Positions 18,433-26,841 of a stretch of DNA of 32,000 bases are shown here, one piece after another (the first letter of the stretch is position 1; each line of letters opens with the position of its first letter). Location of the stretch: assembly GCA_964354495.1 (NCBI GenBank), contig CAYHAA010000001.1, forward strand, positions 120,001-152,000. The letters run 5' to 3'. The translations under genes and the position numbers were made by a program. Below the pieces are notes generated by a model, which was given only the letters and a program-made list of their open reading frames with translations, did no database searches and was not told where the DNA came from. This DNA comes from an uncultured archaeon (lineage in GTDB: Archaea; Asgardarchaeota; Thorarchaeia; Thorarchaeales; Thorarchaeaceae).

Positions 18433-18975
18433 TTATTCCTCCCTTAGTGCCTTCATCGGTGGGACCGAAACAGCCCTTCGCTGAGCTATGAATAGTCCTG
18501 GTATCTGAAGTCCTAGAATCACGAAGAAAGTTGTGAACAGAGGCAGTGCGTCAATGACCACGAAATCGTATACTGCCTGAAAGAGTGATCCAGAACCTCC
18601 GGGAATATTGAAGTATGTGACTATCCCAATGATCTCAAAGCTGAGCTGAAGCATGATCAAAAAGGATGCGATTGTGACAAGCAGCACTTCTCCTATTACG
18701 AGAAGCATAACATCATTGTTTCCCCAACCTATGCATTTGAAAACTGACATATCTCGTCGTCTGTTTTGAGAGATAATAATCGCATAGAAAGTGGATACTA
18801 CTAATGCCATCAGAAGATACCACAGATAGTCTGACGATAGCAGTCCATCTGAAACAACTATGAACAGTATGGCATAAACAATCATGAAAGGAATCACTCG
18901 TTTCCTGGCGCGGAACGCGAATTTGACGCTCTTGAAGAAGACTCTGAAGTTCAAACCTCTAATCCTCCTTGTCAT
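18433..18975 (-). CDS. Minimal FtsX-like ABC permease
   Basis: RRRDMSVFKCIGW coupling motif, EVLL, C-terminal RRAVSVPPMKALREE; only 180 aa, no extracytoplasmic domain. Confidence 0.85.
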   Translation of the reverse strand: MTRRIRGLNFRVFFKSVKFAFRARKRVIPFMIVYAILFIVVSDGLLSSDYLWYLLMALVVSTFYAIIISQNRRRDMSVFKCIGWGNNDVMLLVIGEVLLVTIASFLIMLQLSFEIIGIVTYFNIPGGSGSLFQAVYDFVVIDALPLFTTFFVILGLQIPGLFIAQRRAVSVPPMKALREE

Positions 18976-19037
18976 AAGGTGATTGTGACTGTGACTTAAT
19001 ACGTTTCCTAATGTGTATTGTGGGCATCGGATCCCTA

Positions 19038-19223
19038 TTATTGTTCCTCTGACTTGTTCTCCTCAATAAGTGGGCTACCATTCTCTGGCCAGAGTTCACG
19101 TCGCAGGAGGTCTCTGATCGCCACTCTGATTGCTTCACTTCTTGACGGGTACATGCCAATCTCAACGAGCTTGTCGAGACCACTCACATAGATCTCGCTC
19201 ATCTTCACAGTCACTAGTTGCAT
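19038..19223 (-). CDS. Ribbon-helix-helix (CopG/MetJ) protein, CdrS-like
   Basis: MQLVTVKM...LDKLVEIGMYPSRSEAIRVAIRDLL; RBS GAGGT upstream; TTTATAT at 19264-19270 is a plausible TATA box. Confidence 0.9.
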   Translation of the reverse strand: MQLVTVKMSEIYVSGLDKLVEIGMYPSRSEAIRVAIRDLLRRELWPENGSPLIEENKSEEQ

Positions 19224-19482
19224 TTTCTGTACCTCACTGCAGGTGTTGAGCCGGTACTACGCGATATAAACCGATTCGACTCGGGTTCACAAACGCGCCA
19301 TCTTCCTCCCATTTGGTTTTGAAACATGAGTTTCTTCGGGGCATTAAACCCAGAAATGGCTAAATACCGACAATCCAAGTTTGAATAAGGACACTGAAGG
19401 GTGGAACAAGGTAGTGCACACTCTGTCATGTCCGAATATGGTCCAGAGCAGATACGATGCCCCTAATGGGCGAGGTGAGCAC

Positions 19483-20019
19483 TTGAGTAGTGGCGGTTTT
19501 GACTACATGCGGAAGGTCGTAATGATCGGAGCAGGTGGTAGTGGGAAGACAGCACTTGTCAACCGATTCCTCACCCACAAGTTTTCTGAAGAATATATTG
19601 TGACTATTGGTTCGCAATTCGCTGTAAAGACTGTCGCGGTTGAAACTGCGAATGGCCGCAATGTTGTTGTGAAACTGCTCGTTTGGGACCTGGCTGGTCA
19701 ACAGAGGTTCGATTTCATCCGCGGAAGTTACTATCGAGGAAGCAAGGGCGCTCTCCTGTTGTTCGACTGTACAAGAAAGAGTACATGGATTGAGCTGCCC
19801 AGGTGGATTCAGGAAACTGAAACTTCTCTCGGTGAGAGAATTCCCATAATTCTACTGGCAAACAAGGTGGACCTACTCGAAAATCGTGTCATCACCACTG
19901 AGATGGCGCTTGACTTCGTGAAGGAGAACAATCTGTCTGGATACCTAGAAACAAGTGCTCTATCTGGACAGAACGTGGAGCAAGCCTTCTATCTGCTAGC
20001 CAAATACACCCTCCAGTGA
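19483..20019 (+). CDS. Rab-like small GTPase
   Basis: G1 GAGGSGKT, G2 VTIG, G3 WDLAGQ, G4 NKVD, G5 ETSA; RabF-like IGSQF, KLLVW, RFDFIR, YYRGS, LLFDCT. Start re-called to TTG 19483 after GAGGTGA (or ATG 19507). Confidence 0.93.
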   Translation: MSSGGFDYMRKVVMIGAGGSGKTALVNRFLTHKFSEEYIVTIGSQFAVKTVAVETANGRNVVVKLLVWDLAGQQRFDFIRGSYYRGSKGALLLFDCTRKSTWIELPRWIQETETSLGERIPIILLANKVDLLENRVITTEMALDFVKENNLSGYLETSALSGQNVEQAFYLLAKYTLQ

Positions 20020-20109
20020 ATCTGCTGTGCGCTCCCTGGCCTCCATGCTAATACAAAAATGACAAAAAGGGGAACGCGTTGTTTCTGAGTACTGATTACA
20101 TCCATTGAG

Positions 20110-21258
20110 ATGAGTTCTATGACTGACTTGAAACTTGACTTGAAATTCCTCGAGACCCTCTGTAATTCGTTTGGACCCAGTGGTTACGAATACGAGGCTC
20201 AGAAGATTGTTCAAGATTACGGTAGGAAGTACGCCGACGAAGGTCTTCATGATGGTCTTGGATCGGTCATTTTCCGAAAGGGAAAGGGCGGTCCCAAAAT
20301 CATGCTTGCAGGACACGTTGACGAGATCGGCTTTGTCATTACTGAAATCAAGAAAGATGGATACCTCTCCTTCTATCAGCTTGGGGGATGGTGGGACCAG
20401 ACCCTGTTGTCACAGGAGGTAGTCATCAGTCCCATCAAGGGCGGCGCGAAGGTGATCGGTGTCATTGGTGCCACACCACCTCACATTTTGTCTCCAGAAG
20501 ACCGAGCGAAGGTCGTCACAAAAGAGAAGATGTACATTGACGTTGGTTGTTCCTCTGCGGAGGAAGTGAAGCAACTTGGTATTCAGGTTGGCGACCCCGC
20601 AGTACCTCATGCAATCTTTCGATTGATGAAGCGAACTCGAAAAGAAAAGAAAGAAGATGATAAGGATGCCAAAGAAGAGACCCGCGACGTGACACTTGGT
20701 GTAGCAAAGGCTTTTGATGATCGAATCGGGGTGTTCATCATTCTCGAGGTTCTCAAACGCATCTCAGAGAACAAGATAGCTCTCCCCAATGAAGTCTACT
20801 TCGTATCCACAACCCAAGAGGAAGTGGGTCTTCGAGGCGCACGAACTGCATCACAGATGCTTAAGCCCCAGGTCGGATTCGCTCTGGACGTTGACATCTC
20901 GGGCGACTCCCCCGGCGCTGAAGGCCTTGTGCAGAAAATGGGCAAAGGTGTTTCAATATCGGCCGGAGACGGGTCGATGGTGCCTAATCCTCGGCTCCGC
21001 AAGTTCGTGCTGGACATCGCAGAAGAGAAAGATATCAAGCATCAACCTGCTTTCCTGAAATCTGGCGGCACTGATGCAGGCATTATTCATCTCGCAGGAA
21101 TGGGTGCACCATCTCTATTCCTTGGGATTCCAACGAGGTATATTCACTCTCATCACGGGATTCTGGATTTTGACGACGTGGAGAATGCAGTCAGACTTCT
21201 CATCGAAGTCCTCCAGAAGCTTGATGAAAAAGCAGTAGCGAGTTTCACGGCAATCTGA
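20110..21258 (+). CDS. M42-family (TET) aminopeptidase
   Basis: LAGHVDEIG, AKAFDDRIG, TQEEVGLRGA, ALDVD, GGTDAG, PTRYIHS. Confidence 0.95.
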   Translation: MSSMTDLKLDLKFLETLCNSFGPSGYEYEAQKIVQDYGRKYADEGLHDGLGSVIFRKGKGGPKIMLAGHVDEIGFVITEIKKDGYLSFYQLGGWWDQTLLSQEVVISPIKGGAKVIGVIGATPPHILSPEDRAKVVTKEKMYIDVGCSSAEEVKQLGIQVGDPAVPHAIFRLMKRTRKEKKEDDKDAKEETRDVTLGVAKAFDDRIGVFIILEVLKRISENKIALPNEVYFVSTTQEEVGLRGARTASQMLKPQVGFALDVDISGDSPGAEGLVQKMGKGVSISAGDGSMVPNPRLRKFVLDIAEEKDIKHQPAFLKSGGTDAGIIHLAGMGAPSLFLGIPTRYIHSHHGILDFDDVENAVRLLIEVLQKLDEKAVASFTAI

Positions 21259-21262
21259 ACTC

Positions 21263-21300
21263 TGTGATATCAGCCCAGACTCACTCTGGGCTGGCTCACA
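21263..21300. terminator. Hairpin between convergent genes (possible bidirectional terminator)
   Basis: Perfect 9-bp stem CAGCCCAGA-ctcac-TCTGGGCTG (21271-21293), extendable by TGTGA/TCACA, in the 59-nt gap between M42 and ino1. Confidence 0.5.
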
Positions 21301-21317
21301 TCTCTATTTATCCAAAA

Positions 21318-22406
21318 TCAGCGATCTCTCTTACCCTCGATGAACTCATCGACTCTCTTCCTGCCTTCAAAATCATCAATCTGATATCTTGGGTGCTTGA
21401 AGCTGTACGAGCAAATGCTTGATAGCTCTCCGCCGATTCCGCGGTCCATTGCTATCTTGACAGCTCTGACAACATCGATGATCACGCCAGCGCTGTTTGG
21501 TGAGTCCTCTACTGAGAGCTTTAGGTCGAGGTCAATCGGTTGGTTGCCAAATGACCTTGATCTCATGCTGATGTAGCAGATCTTATTGTCTCCCAAGAAA
21601 GGTACATAGTCGCTGGGTCCAATCTTGGTTGGCAGTTCATAGTCTACGCAGCTGGTCACAGCTTCCGTCTTACTTATTCTCTTTGAGCTCAGCCTATTTT
21701 CAACCTGCATGTTCTCAAAGTCGGTATTGCCTCCGATGTTCAGCTGATAGGTGTTCTCAATAATGAGTCCTCTCTGGTCGAACAGCTGTGCAAGTACTCT
21801 GTGGAGGATTGTGGCACCCAGCTGGCTCTTGATGTCATCGCCTGCACATGGTATGCCCTTCTTCGCGAATGCCTGCTCGATTGGCGATTTGGGATCTGAA
21901 ACAACGAACTCAGGTATTGCATTGACATAGCCTATTTCCGCTTCCAACGCAGCACGAGCATAGATTCTCGTGCTTTTGGCACTGCCTACTGGCAGGTACG
22001 TGATGAACACATCTGCTTTGGACTTCCTAAGTTCTTCAACCACGTCGACTGGTTCAATCTCTTTTTCATCGTATGTGAAGAAGGACTCCTTCATATGCGG
22101 AGCGACCCCATCAGAGATAGGACCTGGAAGAACCTTGACTCCTGTCTTTGGTACATCACGGGCGTAGATTACGCAGCAATTTGGTTCTGCCCACATAGCA
22201 TCAGCAATGTCTAGACCGATCTTCTTTCTATTGACGTCAAAGGCTGCAACATACTTGAAGTCTCTCGGGAAGTAACCACCGAAATCTACATGCATCAACC
22301 CCGGCACCTCGTCTTCCGCCTTTGCGTTGCGGTAGAAGTGTGTTCCTTGGATGAGTGCCGATGCACAGTTACCAAGTCCGGCGATTGCTACACGAATGTT
22401 TCCCAT
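21318..22406 (-). CDS. ino1: myo-inositol-1-phosphate synthase
   Basis: RVAIAGLGNCAS, VAAFDV, YLPVGS, GDDIKSQLGAT, QLNIGGNTDF, SKRISKT, EDSPNSAG. Confidence 0.97.
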   Translation of the reverse strand: MGNIRVAIAGLGNCASALIQGTHFYRNAKAEDEVPGLMHVDFGGYFPRDFKYVAAFDVNRKKIGLDIADAMWAEPNCCVIYARDVPKTGVKVLPGPISDGVAPHMKESFFTYDEKEIEPVDVVEELRKSKADVFITYLPVGSAKSTRIYARAALEAEIGYVNAIPEFVVSDPKSPIEQAFAKKGIPCAGDDIKSQLGATILHRVLAQLFDQRGLIIENTYQLNIGGNTDFENMQVENRLSSKRISKTEAVTSCVDYELPTKIGPSDYVPFLGDNKICYISMRSRSFGNQPIDLDLKLSVEDSPNSAGVIIDVVRAVKIAMDRGIGGELSSICSYSFKHPRYQIDDFEGRKRVDEFIEGKRDR

Positions 22407-22468
22407 TACATATCACCTTAGCTGAGTATTCTATTACCGTAGAATTCTTTTGTCATAGAATAGTGTGG

Positions 22469-23335
22469 TCATTTAACCTTTTTGTCGGGGCCATGTTCCT
22501 CTTGAACGCTGTCTTTTGATGTATCCTGATCCTCTGAAGAGGTCTTGGAGTCATAATTGGTGTAGAGCAGCCTTCTTGCTGCTGCAATCGTCTTCGGCCC
22601 AATTCCTGCAATCTTGCCCCACTCGTCTGTGCTATTGATGACCTCGAAGGGGGTCTCGAACCGCTCTAGGAGGTCTCTTGCTCGAATGACGTTGACCCCG
22701 GGAAAACCGGCGATGAAGAACTCCTGCTCATCGTTCATGGAATCAAGCCCTTTGTGAGTGCGTACAATAGGCAACCGCTGCCCCTTCTGTTCTCTACGTT
22801 CATTATCACCAAATAGCACTCCGTAGAGAAGCCCTGCTGAATGAAGGGCGCTGTATCCCTCAAGGACCTGAATGCCCTTTTCTCTCACGCTTTGAATCAA
22901 TGCATCAAGGGAATGCGGATGGATGAAGGCAGCTCTCTCCATTGTCACAAAGAAGGGCTTTCCCTTTGTCTGTTTCGTGCTGAATGGTATGTACACGCAT
23001 CCCTTTACCGGATCTCTCCTGATAGCGAGAATATTCTCAATCAGTATGTAGGGTCTTTCATATTCCAATAATGCATCCATTTGTCTTGTGAAGCGTGGTA
23101 CGCCCGTAGCGCTCCCCTTCAACGTATTCACCAGATCGCTTACCGTCTTTCGTTCAATCGCAATGCCATCAGCACCAAGAATGTCCCCAATTGGTATCTT
23201 TTCAATAGTGTATCTAATTCCTTCCTTGTCCATCATAGTCATGAGATGCTTCACAGAATTGATGGACTTTCCCCCAGTTTCATGAATATCAATCACGATT
23301 TCGGGAACGTTTCCAAAGAGATCTGTTTGCATCAT
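22469..23335 (-). CDS. xpf: Short XPF/ERCC4 structure-specific endonuclease with C-terminal (HhH)2
   Basis: GDILGADGIAIERKTVSDL nuclease motif, ILIEN, HhH motifs FPGVNVIRA and IAGIGPKT. Confidence 0.88.
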   Translation of the reverse strand: MMQTDLFGNVPEIVIDIHETGGKSINSVKHLMTMMDKEGIRYTIEKIPIGDILGADGIAIERKTVSDLVNTLKGSATGVPRFTRQMDALLEYERPYILIENILAIRRDPVKGCVYIPFSTKQTKGKPFFVTMERAAFIHPHSLDALIQSVREKGIQVLEGYSALHSAGLLYGVLFGDNERREQKGQRLPIVRTHKGLDSMNDEQEFFIAGFPGVNVIRARDLLERFETPFEVINSTDEWGKIAGIGPKTIAAARRLLYTNYDSKTSSEDQDTSKDSVQEEHGPDKKVK

Positions 23336-23342
23336 TGAACCC

Positions 23343-23972
23343 TCAGAATAGAGTCATCACGGCAGCCATGGATACCTCGCGCGCAAGATTTGAATCACCC
23401 GCAGAACCAACCACAATCGCATCTCCATCCTCTGGACGCAGGCTCTCAATCAGCAAGAGTGCTTCCTGTTCGTACTCGAGAAGGATATGGAAGTCATCCG
23501 GAGGCATGACCAGGTCCCCTCTCTTTTGAATGAGTGTTGTCGCTCCCGCCTTTCCATAGCCTCCCTGAATTATTGCCTCATCCCTCTGTCTGATTCCGTC
23601 CGTGACCAGCTGGGCACGAGCCTTCACAAGATTGGCATAGGCATACTCATACATTACGAGTCTTCGGATATCCAGTACTCTGCCAATAGGAACATCCTTT
23701 GTCACCTGTTCGAAGAGTGACTTCCCTGTCGAAGTAAGTGTTTGACCCTGCTTTCCGTCAGCTTCAATCAAGCTGGCCTCTGAGAGTCGCTTCAGGAGTG
23801 TCCTTGCACTTCCCTCGCCGATTGACATCTTCTCACATAGCTCATATCTACCGAGGGGTTGTTCCCTACCTATCAGGACCAGCGCCACTGCGGCATGGTA
23901 CGGTTTGAAAGCTGGTGCAACTCTACCATCTGCTGGTTGCGACAACCGGACGAACTCATCCTTCCATGACAA
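23343..23972 (-). CDS. Winged-helix + DUF4443 protein (PH0730-like)
   Basis: PLGRYELCEKMSIGEGSARTLLKRL wHTH; GIRQRDEAI..G..GATTLI; AIVVGSA C-terminal domain. Confidence 0.75.
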   Translation of the reverse strand: MSWKDEFVRLSQPADGRVAPAFKPYHAAVALVLIGREQPLGRYELCEKMSIGEGSARTLLKRLSEASLIEADGKQGQTLTSTGKSLFEQVTKDVPIGRVLDIRRLVMYEYAYANLVKARAQLVTDGIRQRDEAIIQGGYGKAGATTLIQKRGDLVMPPDDFHILLEYEQEALLLIESLRPEDGDAIVVGSAGDSNLAREVSMAAVMTLF

Positions 23973-24012
23973 ACTATCCGACTCTCCATCCTCTCTTTGA
24001 AGACATCTCTTT

Positions 24013-24594
24013 TTACTCTATGCTCCCATTGCTCTCAAGACCGAACATATGGCTAATCTGTCTTTTCAGTGCCATATCGAGTTTCGGGATGACTAAGGGG
24101 AATATAATGGCGTTAGAAATGACATGAACCAGCATGAATGGTAGCCCGCTGATGAGTGCTACGGCAAATGGTACGGAGAAGGACCATGAGTATCCCATTG
24201 TAGTGATAAGGTCGAAGAATAGCGTAGCGATGGCGCCTACAAATGACAGCTCCAAGACTCCCGTGCGAGTCCATTGTCCTTCTCTTGTTCTTCCCATCAT
24301 CCATCCGGCAGTCACCATGAAGAGCCACCCTATGACTTGTGCGAGCCATATTGCAGGAATGAATGGACCCCATGGGTTGAAGAACGCAAATATGATCGAT
24401 ACGAGAAACACGCACCATACCGCCATCTGCAATCCAAAGAGATATGCCGTGACAAAGAGGACCGTCGAACCAAGCTCAACATTCGGCACCATGACTAGCG
24501 CATAGTTACCCACCAGGGCGAGAGCTGCCATTATCGCAGTCACCGCCACCCAGCGACTTCGGCTCAGATGATGACCTTGTGCGTGATTGTCCAT
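24013..24594 (-). CDS. ECF transporter S component (CbrT-like, probably cobalamin)
   Basis: TAIMAALALVG..ALVMVPNVE motif, about 6 hydrophobic helices, LPFMLVHVISN; operon context with DUF4430. Confidence 0.8.
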   Translation of the reverse strand: MDNHAQGHHLSRSRWVAVTAIMAALALVGNYALVMVPNVELGSTVLFVTAYLFGLQMAVWCVFLVSIIFAFFNPWGPFIPAIWLAQVIGWLFMVTAGWMMGRTREGQWTRTGVLELSFVGAIATLFFDLITTMGYSWSFSVPFAVALISGLPFMLVHVISNAIIFPLVIPKLDMALKRQISHMFGLESNGSIE

Positions 24595-24605
24595 CTATCT
24601 AACCT

Positions 24606-25373
24606 CTAGAACGGTTTTCTTTTCCTCATCCTGACGAGTACTATTGCGACAACGGAAACCAACACGACTATCGTCAGACCGATCAACGGGCCCAGCACGG
24701 TGCCAGCGTGGTCGATACTCAGGAAGTCTATTTCAAATCCATATGGTTCGAATGGCTCTCCAAAATCATAGCTTGTATTTGCGTGGATAAGAACTCCTGT
24801 TGATATGCTGTAGACCAAAGTCGTGTGCTGTGGCGTACCTGCGGCTGTTGGGTCCTGCTGATACTCGAACACAATGCACTCGTATTCGGTTTCATCAAGA
24901 GTCACGTTGTCATAGTATGAGAGCATGCTCCCATTGAGATAGTTCCATGCGACACGCTCAGCTGAGGCATAGGCTGTATCATTGAGCTCTTGGATGTGGC
25001 TATTGCCTATTTCGATGAAAAGCCCGGGCGAAAACTCAACGATTCCCCAGACTCCGAGTGCTAGGTCTCTGGCAATCATCGTATCGTTCGTCGTAGCTGT
25101 CATATTTCCAAGGCGAAGTTCGCCTGTGATGTCTGCCTGCACAGCACCCACTGCGAATCTCATTACTCCATCTTCTTCAGCCTGCCAGAATCCCCCATTT
25201 GACCAGTACGCACTGGTTGCGTTTTGGGGTGTTCGCACTATCCTCCAATTCACAGCCGTCATTCTGTCCATTGCGGGAGAAATCTCAACTGCAAAAGATG
25301 TAGCCTCCCCTCCGATGCTCATAGTCAGAACCAGCGCCAGAGCTGCCACAACTACGACTGATTCTCTATTCAT
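24606..25373 (-). CDS. Secreted, C-terminally anchored (glyco)protein
   Basis: Signal peptide, multiple N-x-S/T sequons (NAT, NMT, NDT, NGS, NVT, NTS), C-terminal TM followed by RMRKRKPF. Confidence 0.8.
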   Translation of the reverse strand: MNRESVVVVAALALVLTMSIGGEATSFAVEISPAMDRMTAVNWRIVRTPQNATSAYWSNGGFWQAEEDGVMRFAVGAVQADITGELRLGNMTATTNDTMIARDLALGVWGIVEFSPGLFIEIGNSHIQELNDTAYASAERVAWNYLNGSMLSYYDNVTLDETEYECIVFEYQQDPTAAGTPQHTTLVYSISTGVLIHANTSYDFGEPFEPYGFEIDFLSIDHAGTVLGPLIGLTIVVLVSVVAIVLVRMRKRKPF

Positions 25374-25882
25374 CTCGCTGTTCCTCTCCTTGACATCCTG
25401 ACATAGAGCAATAGCATGAATCCCAAACCTCCGGCTGCAAGAAGGATTCCACCTGCTATGAGAGTACTATCGATACCCGTCGATATTGTATTTTGAGAGC
25501 CGAATGCTGTGCGATTCCATAGAACAGAGTCACCGTCTTGGAGACTATACCAATTGGCCGCAACAGTGGCATAGTCCCCGTTCACCCAATACTGCCACCA
25601 ATGATTCTGATCTTGACTGACGCCATCAATCGAAACGACATAGGCAAGGACCCCTGCCCAGTTTGCTTCTACCTCAACTACCGATTCGGTCACATTCAGG
25701 ACGGTTGTGCCATTCAGTCCATTGAACGTCGAAGTTGTTCCATTGCCAAAGTCGATTCTGAGCGTGATGTCCGAAGCTGACAACGATGCTGGATGTTTCG
25801 TCTGCAGTGCAGGAGCCAATGGAAGTGTGGCTAGAATGATTGCTGCAAGAAGCACAATTGCCAATCCGGGTCTCTTTGTCAT
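25370..25882 (-). CDS. DUF4430 (transcobalamin C-terminal-like) surface protein
   Basis: Signal peptide; ITLRIDFG; YVVSIDGV...WWQYWVNG..ATVAA..YSLQDGDSVLW; C-terminal TM anchor. Confidence 0.88.
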   Translation of the reverse strand: MTKRPGLAIVLLAAIILATLPLAPALQTKHPASLSASDITLRIDFGNGTTSTFNGLNGTTVLNVTESVVEVEANWAGVLAYVVSIDGVSQDQNHWWQYWVNGDYATVAANWYSLQDGDSVLWNRTAFGSQNTISTGIDSTLIAGGILLAAGGLGFMLLLYVRMSRRGTAR

Positions 25883-25898
25883 TTCAAATCACACTGAA

Positions 25899-25915
25899 TA
25901 GGATAACATATCCTA
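25899..25915. promoter_or_regulatory. Candidate operator palindrome
   Basis: TAGGATA-aca-TATCCTA perfect 7-bp inverted repeat 17-33 nt upstream of the DUF4430 start, downstream of a minus-strand TTAAA element at about 25929-25933. Confidence 0.4.
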
Positions 25916-26009
25916 CAACATGTCGAATTTAAGAATTGCTCTCATATGATTTGGACATGTGATTCATGACCGAAGAATCTAAAACAGCACAGATTTCGAT
26001 GGATTCCAG

Positions 26010-26696
26010 ATGTCGTCTAGGAGAACTCATTGCTTGAAAGGCCGAATTGAACAGGACCTTCGAGGATTCCTCTTCGTTCTAGAGGGAATCGATGGCTCTG
26101 GCAAGTCTTGTGCATGTTCTCGGCTCAAGAAACGTCTTGCGAAAGAAGGCTACGATGTGCTGGAGCTAAGAGAGCCTACAAATGAGAGTCTGTGGGGGAA
26201 AGAAATCAGAGCTAGGTCTCCTCGAGGAGAGCTGTCGCCGTTTGAAGAGCTTGAGCTCTTCATAAAAGACCGTGAATGGAATGTTCAAAACCGCATTCTT
26301 CCTGCTCTCGAATCAGGCAAACTTGTATTGATGGATCGTTATTTCTTTGCGACTGGCGCATATCAATCAGGAGCAACTGGAGTTCCTTGGCAGGAGATAC
26401 TACGAAGGAATCGAGAGGATATACATGCTCCTGAACCTGATGTGGTTTTCATCTTGGATGTCGATGCCGAAATTGGGCTTGCTCGAGCAACCAAGCGTGA
26501 GAACATGACAAACCTACAATTCGAACGGCTGGACAGACTCGTGAAGGTGCGCCAGGCCTATCTTGAAATCGCGAAGTATGATAGTGGGAACTTCAGAATC
26601 ATTAATGCTGGGAATTCACTTGGTGCTGTTGTGACCGAAATACACAGCGTGATAATACAGACAGTCAAATGTCGGAAGAATCAATCACAAGAATGA
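26010..26696 (+). CDS. tmk: Thymidylate kinase
   Basis: FVLEGIDGSGKS P-loop, LREPT, LMDRY, PEPDVVFILDV. Confidence 0.93.
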   Translation: MSSRRTHCLKGRIEQDLRGFLFVLEGIDGSGKSCACSRLKKRLAKEGYDVLELREPTNESLWGKEIRARSPRGELSPFEELELFIKDREWNVQNRILPALESGKLVLMDRYFFATGAYQSGATGVPWQEILRRNREDIHAPEPDVVFILDVDAEIGLARATKRENMTNLQFERLDRLVKVRQAYLEIAKYDSGNFRIINAGNSLGAVVTEIHSVIIQTVKCRKNQSQE

Positions 26697-26841
26697 TATA
26701 CCTAGGCCCCTAAGGCGCTGTATATACCTGGATATTACGGTTGCGAATCGACTAGTGACAAGGTTTTAATACGTGACTACCGGAACCGTACATGCTCTGG
26801 CTTTATGCGGAACAAGCCCCAGGGACTGGGAGACAAGCGAA

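Noticed and set aside
20017-20088. The Rab-like TGA stop is followed in frame by ATC TGC TGT (I-C-C), suggesting read-through to a Rab-type CC prenylation motif
   Set aside because: Read-through would give ...ICCALPGLHANTKMTKRGTRCF, so the CC would not be terminal. No recoding signal is visible. Most likely chance.
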